A DNA stretch of 64,000 nucleotides, taken from contig CAXXXF010000006.1 of NCBI GenBank assembly GCA_963667175.2, positions 576,001-640,000 on the forward strand. Reading direction: 5' to 3'. Below the pieces are notes generated by a model. It was not told the DNA's origin and searched no databases. It saw nothing but the letters and a program-made list of their open reading frames with translations. Source of the stretch: Candidatus Latescibacterota bacterium. Its GTDB lineage: Bacteria > Latescibacterota > UBA2968 > GCA-2709665. Numbering within the stretch: the stretch's first letter is position 1; the number at the start of each line of letters is the position of its first letter. This document shows positions 9,738 to 19,500 of this stretch, one piece after another. The translations under genes and the position numbers were made by a program.

Positions 9738-11012
9738 ATGTCCATCTTTGAAAACGACGTACTGCAACGCCGGCAACAGCGAGCTTGCGGGGCCCTGGGA
9801 GACAACCCGCCAATCGTGCTCTTCGGCGCCGGAAAACCCGTTCACGTTCCGGGCGGGCAGGACCAGACCTACCCGTTCGTCCCCTACCCCGAATACTACT
9901 GGCTTACCGGCTCGCGGCGCTGGGGCGGCGTGCTTGCCTTCGATCCTCGGGAGGGCTGGACCCACTTCGTGCGGCCGGTTTCACAGAACGAACGACTGTG
10001 GGAGGGCGGCGGCGAGGCGGTCGAAGGCGAGGACGTCGCCGACCTGCCGGGCTGGTTGGAAAGACGTGGCGGACGCGCCGTGGCGGTCATCGGCGGGGCC
10101 GTCGAAAACGCCGAGAGCGACCCCCAGCTCGCCTCGCGCCTTCAATCGTCGCTGGACGGGGTCCGACGCCGGAAGGACGTCGCCGAAATCGAGCTGATGG
10201 AGAGGGCGGCCAAAGCGACCGCGGCCGGCCATGCGAGGGCCCGCGACGCCATCCAACCTGGCGTCAGCGAACGCCGCATCCGAATTGAACTCGAAGCAGC
10301 AATGTACCGGAACGGCGCAGACGACGTTGCCTTCGACACGATCGTCGGTGCCGGAACCCATGCGGCCGTGCTCCATTTCGAACCCGGCGCCCGGAAGGTA
10401 GAGCCGGACGACCTGGTCCTCATCGACGCAGGGGCGTCCATCGCCGGGTACGTGGCCGACGTTACCCGCACCTATCCCGCCGGGGACCGTTTCACGCCCA
10501 GGCAGCAGGCCATCTACGATCTCGTTCTTGCCGCCCAACTGAAAGCCATTTCCACCTGTCGGAAAAGCGTGGAATGGCACCAGGTACACCGCGCCGCGGC
10601 CGGTGTCATCGCCCTGGGGCTCCGGGACATGGGCATCCTCAATGGAACACCGGACGACCTCCTCGACAGCGGCGCCATTTCTCTCTTCCTGCCGCACGGC
10701 GTCGGCCACATGGTCGGCCTTGGCGTCCGTGACGTGGGCGGCCGGGCGGCCGGGCGCGAAGTCAGCGTCTATTGCGGCATCCGGATGCGCCTGGACCTGC
10801 CTCTGGAGGAGGACTTCGTGATGACTGTCGAGCCCGGGGTCTATTTCGTGCCCGCGTTGCTCGACGACCCCGATCGTCGCGAACGCTTCGGCGGAGTGGT
10901 CGACTGGGACACGCTGGAATCCTGGAGGACCGTCGGCGGCGTCCGTATCGAGGACAACGTGCTCATCACCGCCGCTGATCCCCGTATCCTGACGTCAGGG
11001 ATACCCAAGTGA
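9738..11012 (+). CDS. pepP: Xaa-Pro aminopeptidase (M24B)
   Basis: LIDAG, ADVTRT, HGVGHMVGLGVRD, TVEPG, GVRIED. Confidence 0.88.
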   Translation: MSIFENDVLQRRQQRACGALGDNPPIVLFGAGKPVHVPGGQDQTYPFVPYPEYYWLTGSRRWGGVLAFDPREGWTHFVRPVSQNERLWEGGGEAVEGEDVADLPGWLERRGGRAVAVIGGAVENAESDPQLASRLQSSLDGVRRRKDVAEIELMERAAKATAAGHARARDAIQPGVSERRIRIELEAAMYRNGADDVAFDTIVGAGTHAAVLHFEPGARKVEPDDLVLIDAGASIAGYVADVTRTYPAGDRFTPRQQAIYDLVLAAQLKAISTCRKSVEWHQVHRAAAGVIALGLRDMGILNGTPDDLLDSGAISLFLPHGVGHMVGLGVRDVGGRAAGREVSVYCGIRMRLDLPLEEDFVMTVEPGVYFVPALLDDPDRRERFGGVVDWDTLESWRTVGGVRIEDNVLITAADPRILTSGIPK

Positions 11013-11323
11013 TCCCAACGGACACCCGGGCGGTCATTTCGCGACGCTGGAAGCCGCGCTGGTGCTGGCGATGGTGATCCGTGAACCGGCTTCAACTCGT
11101 GCCGGGCCATCCCGTCGAACCTTCCATGGACGTGAAGACCAGGCCGCTCCACGGGATGCCGATGACGGTGCACCGGCGGGAAGCGGGTAGCGGGGAGACG
11201 GGAGAAGACGTCCTTGCCAGATTGGTTCTTCCTTTATGCCTCCGGTGAGAAATGAGACCGCACGGGGCGGACAATCTCTCCCGTCTAACGTCTACCCGTT
11301 CTACATGATCTTCATTACAATCC

Positions 11324-12028
11324 TCAAAGCGGGGCGAGACCGCAACGTCCCGGCCGCAGTCGCATGCCCGGCCGGATGGCCTGGAGTTCCCGGATCGACG
11401 AAATCGTGAAATCGGGCATCTCCGCGGCGCGCCGGGAGGTCTGAAACCGCGAAAACCCCTGCAAGACACGCATTGTCAGACAACCCTGAGACTTAGCAGG
11501 GCCGACGTCGTTATCGAGCCGGTCGCCAACCATCAATACGCCATCAGGGGCGCACCCCGCCCGAGAAATGGCCGCCTGGAATATCCTCGGATCGGGCTTG
11601 GAAAGGCCGAGTTCAGCGGAAGCGAGAACGATAGAAAAGTGGTCCCGAATGCCCCAATCGGAGAGCCGCTTCTCCGTACCTTCGGACTGGTTCGCAATGA
11701 CGCCAAGCCTGAACTTCGGCGAAAGCGTCTCGAGCATCTCCGGAACTCCGGGGTACAAGACTTCCCGTTCTTTCTCGTATCGACCGGCGCTCCCTGCGGC
11801 GCCACGCTGTTCCTCCGTCAGGTCGAGCCGCGCAAGCATGCCGCGAAACGGGCTCGGCGAAAAATCCGTCGCCGCCTGTTCGCACAATTCCATGAGTTCG
11901 TCGACTGACTGACGTTTGCCCAATCCGGCCAACCGATCACACACGCCCCTGAGACGCGCCCGGTGCGCCCGGGTTTCGTCCACCAGCGTCCAGCCCAGGT
12001 CCAGGAATATCCACTCGATGTTGGTCAT
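11324..12028 (-). CDS. HAD-family hydrolase
   Basis: FLDLGWTLVD, KPDPRIF, MVGDRLDND. Confidence 0.88.
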   Translation of the reverse strand: MTNIEWIFLDLGWTLVDETRAHRARLRGVCDRLAGLGKRQSVDELMELCEQAATDFSPSPFRGMLARLDLTEEQRGAAGSAGRYEKEREVLYPGVPEMLETLSPKFRLGVIANQSEGTEKRLSDWGIRDHFSIVLASAELGLSKPDPRIFQAAISRAGCAPDGVLMVGDRLDNDVGPAKSQGCLTMRVLQGFSRFQTSRRAAEMPDFTISSIRELQAIRPGMRLRPGRCGLAPL

Positions 12029-12152
12029 GGGGGTGACAGGATGATGAGAAAGCGGCGCGACGGAAGGACTCGAAAGGCGTCAGTGGCGGGCGTTCGGACT
12101 CAGTATCCAACTTTAGTACGAATTTAACGTCTTTGAGACGGGATTTGTGCCG

Positions 12153-13658
12153 TCACGCGCTAACGCCGTACTTTCTCATCCAGTTCGTGAACGTCTGGTA
12201 GCTGGGAAGCCCCACGAGCCGGGCGGCTCGCGATTTGTTTCCTCCTGTCTCTTCCAGCGCCCGCGCAAGGTAGTGCCGCGCGACCGAGGCCAGCAGGGAT
12301 TGGAGGCTAAGGCCATCGCCGAGGGGGCGTTCAAGTATCTTGGCGTCGACCGAACTTACCGCGGGTAGAAGCGCTTCTTTCACGTCTCTAGCATCTATGG
12401 CGGGGCCGGGCGTCCAAAGCGCGGCGCGATGCAGGGTATTCAGCAATTCGCGGACATTACCCGGCCATGGGTGGGCCAGGAGGAAATTTCTTGCGCCTGG
12501 AGAGAGTCTCTTGTGTTCGAAACCCGGCTGATCGGCATTTTCGTCGTTGACCTGCTCGAGCAATCGGTCCACAAGAAGGTTCAGGTCACCCGTTCGATCC
12601 CGGAGAGCAGGCAGCTTCAAATCCGCCACGGCCAGGCGATAGAAGAGATCCTCCCGGAATCTTCCCGTTGCGACCTCTCCCGCCAGGCTCCTATTCGTCG
12701 CGGCGATGATCCTCACGTCGACCTCGCGATGGGCCGTCGCGCCGACGGGCAGAACCATTCCATCTTGCAGGATACGAAGAAACTTTACCTGTGAGGACGG
12801 GGCAAGTTCGCCGACCTCGTCAAGGAACAGGGTTCCCTTGTTGGCTGCCTCGAAATATCCGATCCTGGCTGCGTCCGCACCCGTGAAGGCACCCTTCTCG
12901 TGGCCAAATAGCTCGGATTCCGCCAATTCGGCCGGTATCGCCCCGCAGTTGACCGCCATGAAAGGGTGATCCCGGCGAAGACTCGCCCGATGGATCGCCC
13001 TCGCAAGCAGTTCCTTTCCCGTACCGGACTCGCCCTGTATGAGCACAGGCACAGACCGCGGCGCCACACGTCGGGCTCTCGCAATTACGCGCGCCATGGC
13101 GTCGCTCTGGTAGATGATATCGGCGAATTCCGGCACCTCGGGTGGAAGTCCGGCGGTCGCCTTCTCAAGACGCTCGTCGGGACCCCTGAGGAGGTTGGGG
13201 ATAAACTCGGCCGAGATATCAAACGGGACGGAGACCGTACGAACGCCATGTTTTGCTGACGACTCAATCAGCTCAGCGGGAAAACGCGTTTTTGCAAGGA
13301 GAATCCAGACGGCCGCCATGGCCGGGGTGCCGGGACTCAGGTGAAAGGTCAGGTCAGCATCATCACCGTGATCGCCAAGCGCCGCCGACACGACCCGAAC
13401 CGCGGCCTCGTAGATCTCGGCAAACTCAGTCGGTCCGGATAACGGCTCGCGGCGAACCGTTATCTCGGCCCGAGATCGCGATCGTAGCCACTCAAGAAAC
13501 GTCGCTACCTCGTCCTCAGGATAGTCGCTCAGGAGTACGGCAGCGTCGTACGAATGCGCGTCAAGCGCCTGGGCGACCGGCCCGATGCCCGCGTCCGCCT
13601 CATCACCTGGCGCGCGTAGATCCGCATGGCCGATCCAGCTGATCAGAATATTGTTCAT
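12153..13658 (-). CDS. Sigma54-dependent activator with N-terminal RtcR/CARF-like domain
   Basis: N-terminal ILISWIG...D and FHLSPGTPAM (CARF/RtcR-like); GESGTGKE, GAFTGA, LFLDEV, WPGNVREL; C-terminal Fis HTH. Confidence 0.9.
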   Translation of the reverse strand: MNNILISWIGHADLRAPGDEADAGIGPVAQALDAHSYDAAVLLSDYPEDEVATFLEWLRSRSRAEITVRREPLSGPTEFAEIYEAAVRVVSAALGDHGDDADLTFHLSPGTPAMAAVWILLAKTRFPAELIESSAKHGVRTVSVPFDISAEFIPNLLRGPDERLEKATAGLPPEVPEFADIIYQSDAMARVIARARRVAPRSVPVLIQGESGTGKELLARAIHRASLRRDHPFMAVNCGAIPAELAESELFGHEKGAFTGADAARIGYFEAANKGTLFLDEVGELAPSSQVKFLRILQDGMVLPVGATAHREVDVRIIAATNRSLAGEVATGRFREDLFYRLAVADLKLPALRDRTGDLNLLVDRLLEQVNDENADQPGFEHKRLSPGARNFLLAHPWPGNVRELLNTLHRAALWTPGPAIDARDVKEALLPAVSSVDAKILERPLGDGLSLQSLLASVARHYLARALEETGGNKSRAARLVGLPSYQTFTNWMRKYGVSA

Positions 13659-13668
13659 GAATAGTCAA

Positions 13669-13705
13669 TATACAAGAAATATTGTTATATCATAATATTT
13701 CTTGT
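13669..13705. promoter_or_regulatory. Double operator box upstream of the activator gene
   Basis: acaagaaatatt-N10-aatatttcttgt perfect inverted repeat = two A(C/T)AA-N6-TTGT boxes; 27/37 identical to 26821-26857. Confidence 0.65.
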
Positions 13706-13929
13706 TCTTGTGGAGAAGAGTAATTTTGTTCCAACTTCAAGTAGCGTAGCTCTATCCAATCACATTAGAGCACGCGTTGCAAGCAAGCGCGAGTTGTCGA
13801 GTGGGAGTTTGCGTGGCAGGCGTCACCGCAACTCCAGATAGAACCCATCAGCGTTACAATTCTTAAGTTTTGCAGTCTATTATAATACCGACGTGCCGGG
13901 AACTCCGCTATTCGTGATCGACTTGGATT

Positions 13930-14739
13930 TTATTCTGGTTTCGTCCCGACAGCGCCGAGGACGTGATTGGGTAGATGTTCGATCTTCGTATCTACCTCTC
14001 CAGAAAGGAGATAATCGAGAGGCATATCACCGTGCCCAAACGCCCATAGAAAGAGTTCGGCTCCCAATGCCGAAGGTTGACAAATGATACCGTCGCCAGG
14101 GACAGCGCTTGCTAACTCCTGCAGAGATTTTTTGTCACCAAACTGCCATCGGTTTTCAATGAGATTATCCGAAAAAAGGCCATGCCATATGTGCGTCATA
14201 ATCTGTGGATTACTCCATTCGGCCCGCGTGAATCCCATTGACTCAGTGTAATTTTGGTATGGAAGGTACACCTCCATTTCAGCTCGATTTTCAGATAGAC
14301 CAAACTGCTTTCCCTTATCGGAGAAGAGGTGCGCAACCGTCGCATAAAGGAGATAGTGCGTTCTGACTTGATACGCCGAAAGTTCATCAACAATCTTGAC
14401 TAGCCTGGCACCGCGGTCATCACGGCCAACCTCGGTTCTTGAAGAAGCTAATACCCCACCAAAATACTCCAACGCAACGGGATCATCAGCGTATGAGCCT
14501 TCATTTACAATTCCCTTTAACACCTTTGGTGGTACCCGACCGGGAGATTCGATCCTATCGCCAAGTTTTCCGGCAGCATTTGAAAAGATGTAACGGACAT
14601 TCTCAATTCGGCGCTGTGCAAATGACTTCAGTTCGCCGCCCAAATAATCTGCTGTAGGTCCGAGAAGCTTATTGGTAAGATCCTTCCCCAGATAGGCAGC
14701 AATTACACTTACGCCGACTGTAGTAATTGGTTCCGACAT
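13930..14739 (-). CDS. Abi-alpha/DUF4393-like protein
   Basis: LLGPTADYLG...VPPKVLKGIVNEGSYADD...YFGGVLASS...VKIVDELS pattern recalled for this family; lower GC. Confidence 0.55.
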   Translation of the reverse strand: MSEPITTVGVSVIAAYLGKDLTNKLLGPTADYLGGELKSFAQRRIENVRYIFSNAAGKLGDRIESPGRVPPKVLKGIVNEGSYADDPVALEYFGGVLASSRTEVGRDDRGARLVKIVDELSAYQVRTHYLLYATVAHLFSDKGKQFGLSENRAEMEVYLPYQNYTESMGFTRAEWSNPQIMTHIWHGLFSDNLIENRWQFGDKKSLQELASAVPGDGIICQPSALGAELFLWAFGHGDMPLDYLLSGEVDTKIEHLPNHVLGAVGTKPE

Positions 14740-14988
14740 GAGCGACTCCAGAATATTCACCGCAATGAAATTCTGCAAAGTACAACGCGGAAGATCGGTA
14801 GTAATCGTTAATTTGCCACGAATCGAGAATGGCGACTACAATCGTCTCGATACGATTTCGAACGTCCACAAAACCCGTCGGCGCAAGGTATTCCCTTTAC
14901 TATATCGATGGAGCGCCTCAAGTTCGCTTCGCGCACACTACTGTCATACGACGCTGTGTCATTGAAACATCCCAAGTTTGCGCGAAGA

Positions 14989-16590
14989 CTAAGGTCCTTT
15001 GTTGGGTTCTTCGTCTTCGACAGTTGCAGCATCGCTGGGCGCCGCTAGATCCCGCGCAAGGCTCTCGCATAGAGCGATGGCAGAGAGACAAAACGACGCT
15101 GCGAACGATGTTGACACGGTGATCCCTTGCCTATGCTGCCCAAAGTCACCAACAGATTGAATGTGGTCTGCGAGCAAATAGGTGGGTTTGGTCACGAAAC
15201 TTGCAACCGGGACGTTGTCCTCCGTGCCCGTGATGAGACGGAGAATGCTACACTGCTGCCCGCGTCGCTGAGGAAGAACGTCGAACTTTACGCCCACGAA
15301 CTTCCATTCTTGAGGAATAGACTCGCTGGATGGTAATTCGGCCTCCCAGATCAGATCCAGCGCATGGTTCGCGATGCTCCGAGCCCAAGTCGTGGATTGG
15401 GTCGGTTCAGGGTGCAGATCACGGATTGCCTTCTTCACGTAACCTAGAAAAATTGGATCCGACCCAGATACCTGATCAACACGGAGTTGGAGGAGGTCTC
15501 GAATGTTGTCATTAAATCGCTTTGCGTCACCAAATAGCCGCTTCAGATTCTCCACTTCGCTCGCTTGCTCTTGCGCATACTGACGCATAAAGCGACACGA
15601 CGATCTAAGCTTTCTCCCTGACGAAACAGCGAAGCCACGCTGCTTAAGGACCCGCATTCTCCCGTCCGGTATTTCGGATTGTGGAACGTCACGATTGGCG
15701 AGTTCTGCCAAGTCGGACCGAATCTCAACGTCGCAACCATCCCATAGAGCGTCCAGTAACCCATGTCTTTCTTCCAAAGTGGTCATTGCAACGTCGTCCA
15801 CGTGCGGTTTCGAAAGCGACGCCTCTTCGGGGGCTTCCAATAGTAGCCGCTCTGCAAGAGCAGCTGATAACGTCGGGACGCCCCCTGTCCAATTGGCGAA
15901 TTCCTTTCTGGCTGAGCCGTCAAGCTCGACGCCTCGCGATTCGAATGGCTTGAGGAAACCATCCCAGTCGTGTTCCTCGAAGCAACCGACATGCAGCGGC
16001 GTGTCGTAGAATATTTCCCAGAAATCCGACGTCCGGGACTCTTCGGTCTTGCAAAGCTCCCGGAGCCTGCTCCGGCTTCCCGTCACAACGCGGAGGCTGC
16101 TCATCTGGCAGAGCGTTCGCAGATTGTCCCATAGGTTTCTCGTTATGCGGCCTTCGGCGAGAAGGCGGTCGAACCCGTCGAGTACGGCTAGAATACGAAC
16201 TCCGCCGGTTTGCATTTCGCTAAAAACGAGATGTAGAAGATCGTGGAGGTCCTCGCCCTCCAAGTCCAAGTAATCTGCGAATTCAGGCTCTACCTTCTGC
16301 AGAACAATTTTGATGTGTTCCGTGAAACGTCGTCGGAACTCATCATCGGTCACCGGTGTGCCATGTCTGAGATCCCAATACAGCGACGTAGAGAAGTGCT
16401 CGCTTGGGCGCGCGAATTGCGTGGCAAGGTGATTCAGGAGGACGGACTTTCCAAACAAGGCAGGGCCGATGACGGACACGTGATCGGGGTTCGACTTGCT
16501 CAAGTGTCGGCATAACTCTTCAAATAGGCGTTCACGGCCGAGCATTGATGGGACATCAACGCCGAGGACTTGATAGGGAATGTCGCTCAT
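14989..16590 (-). CDS. STAND/AAA-like ATPase with degenerate Walker B and helical C-terminal (HEPN/DUF4145-like?) domain
   Basis: MLGRE, Walker A GPALFGKS, Walker B VLDGFD, WTGGVP; ATGA overlap with upstream gene. Confidence 0.75.
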   Translation of the reverse strand: MSDIPYQVLGVDVPSMLGRERLFEELCRHLSKSNPDHVSVIGPALFGKSVLLNHLATQFARPSEHFSTSLYWDLRHGTPVTDDEFRRRFTEHIKIVLQKVEPEFADYLDLEGEDLHDLLHLVFSEMQTGGVRILAVLDGFDRLLAEGRITRNLWDNLRTLCQMSSLRVVTGSRSRLRELCKTEESRTSDFWEIFYDTPLHVGCFEEHDWDGFLKPFESRGVELDGSARKEFANWTGGVPTLSAALAERLLLEAPEEASLSKPHVDDVAMTTLEERHGLLDALWDGCDVEIRSDLAELANRDVPQSEIPDGRMRVLKQRGFAVSSGRKLRSSCRFMRQYAQEQASEVENLKRLFGDAKRFNDNIRDLLQLRVDQVSGSDPIFLGYVKKAIRDLHPEPTQSTTWARSIANHALDLIWEAELPSSESIPQEWKFVGVKFDVLPQRRGQQCSILRLITGTEDNVPVASFVTKPTYLLADHIQSVGDFGQHRQGITVSTSFAASFCLSAIALCESLARDLAAPSDAATVEDEEPNKGP

Positions 16591-19500
16591 AGCTCATCCT
16601 CCGTCTTCTTGGAGCCGAAGCCCCGTCCAAGTCCAGCGCCGTAGCCATCCCCGTCTGAGAATCCGCCACCGTCGCCCTCGCCACGTCCGTAGCCATCGAC
16701 GATATCCGATTCTCCACGCTCCCGGACCGCCTGCCGGCGCTGATACTCGAAGTCGACGTTGTGTCCTATCCAGTTCGCCATCAAAGGAACCGCAAGCACG
16801 TAAGCAGAGCCTCGTGGCGACTCCCGGAGTTCAAGCAGTTCGAGTTCTCGCAGAAACTCGAGATCATCTCCCAGGCTCTCTTCACGCGGGATGGCAACGC
16901 CGCTCTCCTCGAGCTTCAGCTCAAGCAGGCTCAGCGTGATGGGATCCGGTCCATCCTCGAGTTTTCGACACAGCGCAAGAATAAAGCGCCTGCGCTCTGT
17001 GCGAGCGTAACCCCAGAGCGTGCGAAAGTGTTCGTTGTCCTTCGTCATATCTTCAGCACACGATTCTGCGGCGCCTACGGTCACCGTTCGTTCTTCGGTA
17101 TGGACGGCACGCTCGAATATCCGGTTGCACAGAGACTGGATCAAAAAGGGTTGTTGCGAACACAGGTCTACCACGCGGTCCCGCGCGTCGGGCACGTACG
17201 TGAGCCGCCCCTCCACCGGCCTTGTCACGAGCAGGCGGGCGTCCTCCAGCCGGATTTTGCTCACGGGGATCCGGTGACCGAACCCGAACAGCGCCGACCA
17301 GTATTCTTCCCGCAGTCTCTTGAGACGACGCGAGCCGGTCAGTATGGCTGAGAGATCCGGATACGCGTGCAGCATGTAGCGGATGTTCTCGGGTACCTGC
17401 GGACTTGTGATCCCCGAGTCGATGCCCTCCTGGAGTTTGTCGAACTCATCCAGCATCAGCAGAAGACGCCGCGGGCTGGCAGCCTCAAGAACCGCCTGTA
17501 TGTACAGCTCGAAGGCTTCGAATGGTCGCGGCCCGGCAAACGCGGTTGACAACGCCTTCGTGAACGCCACCTTGAAACGCTTGCTCGTGTCCGGGGGATC
17601 CATTTCCGGCAAACACACCCGGAGGCCCGCGTCGTCCATCGCCCACCCGACGTCGCGCGCCAGGAGTCTGAAGACCTCGTTGGTTTCCAGTCCGCGTTTG
17701 CTCTTGTGGCCCTGGCCGCCCTGGAGGGAGCAGTTCACGACGATCCAGCCCGGAAGCGCGTCGGGATCCTGAAGGTGTTTGAGAATCGACGTCTTTCCCG
17801 TCCGGCGGTTGCCTTCCAGAAGAATGACGTTCGCCCGGTCGCTTGTTGAGAATTGGCGCCGGATCCTATCGATGATATCCTGCCGGCCGTAGAACATCTC
17901 CTTTCGATCAATGGGGCTGCCCACGATGTACGGGCTTGCTCCGATATCGGGGACTTGGACGGCTTCGGAGGTGGAACGCACGTCTACCGCGAGCGGGAGT
18001 TCACCGGACACAGGCCGGCCGTCCATGCGTTCGGCTCGCCATCGGAGCATGAACGGGTAGAGACCGGTTGCGACGTCCGCCGGAATTCGCGCCGTAAAGC
18101 TGAACGGTCCATTCTCGGCAAGATAATCGACACGCCCCTCGCCAATCGACGGAAACGTCGACGCCCGGACGTTTCGCAGTGCAAGCGGCGAATGGTTCAT
18201 TAAACGGACCCGAACCTCGTTTTCCGCCCCCGCTACGACCGCGTCCGGTTCAATGCCCGGCGCCAATGTGACGTCATCCAATATTGCGTCCAACTCGGCC
18301 CGAACCAGCCGGGAGATCCTCCTGGTGAACGTTATCGCATGAGCGAATGTCTGCAGCAGGTTCTTTCTGACTGAAGGATCAGCGGAACTGCCCGAACTCC
18401 CCCACTCTCGTGTCGCATGTGCACCTGCCAAATGGGCATTTCCTATGCCTAAGATAACCGAATGGACTTTCTCAAGACGGTTCCAGGCTCCGTCTAGGAG
18501 CGCCATGCGCCCCGATCCGGGCGGCACGTGGTTCAGACCATGCAGTGACTTCAAGGCTTCCGCGAGATCCTTCAGCCATCTGTTAAATTGACTCACGTCG
18601 ACAATACACGAGCGAACGACCTGTTTTCGGAGCGACGAGGCGGCGTGAGCAATGCGTTCCAGGAGCTTGACCCGGTCCTCGGCCCGTACCGGTCTCCACA
18701 GCCTCCGTAGTTCGGGAGATCCATTCAGCCATGACCCAACCGGGTCTTTGCTGTTTGTGACCAGGATGCGTACGAGCGCGGCAAAGGGATCTTCTCTTTC
18801 GTCACCCATCTGCTTTAATAGTTGTTCCTGTATCGAAACCTGCGGCGCCGGTACGCGAAGGTTTTGTAGCGTTCGAGCAGGGAGATGCCGGATCGTTTCG
18901 CCTCGGGCGTGACCACGGATCCACTGTTGATATGCATCAGACGCAAGGACGCTCTTCAGATAAACCGGGGAGATTGATTTCCCGGGGCGTATCACGGTGA
19001 GACTCCTCGTCGCCACGGCGTCGACAATGCCGCTCTGCTGGGATACGACCGCCAACGTTCCGACGTTGCCGGACGTGGTGATGAGAACGTCGCCCGCGCG
19101 CAACCGGTGCTTTGACCGCACTCGCCTGGTACAGTTCTTCGTCAGGAAGAGAGACGGAGATTGTACTCCGTTGCGATTCACGTCCGCTGCGCGCACAAGG
19201 CCGGCGAATACCGATGGATCGTTCCGTCGCGAGGTGGTACCAGACTTGTCGTACGATACACCTGTAAAGATATCAGCCACCTCGTTGAGTGGGTGTACCG
19301 GGACCCCGGCGTCGCTCCCGAGAACCCGAAGGGAAATTGACAGGATTTTCTCATCGGTTCGCTTTGCAATGAGATCACCGCCCCTGTCGGCGAGTTCTTT
19401 GATGGGGGTCTCCCAGAGGTCCTCAATCGGGTGTTTCTGTTGGAGGTCGTCTGGTTCACCGGTCCGGAATTCCGCCGTGATCGCGCGCGCCGCCTCGACG

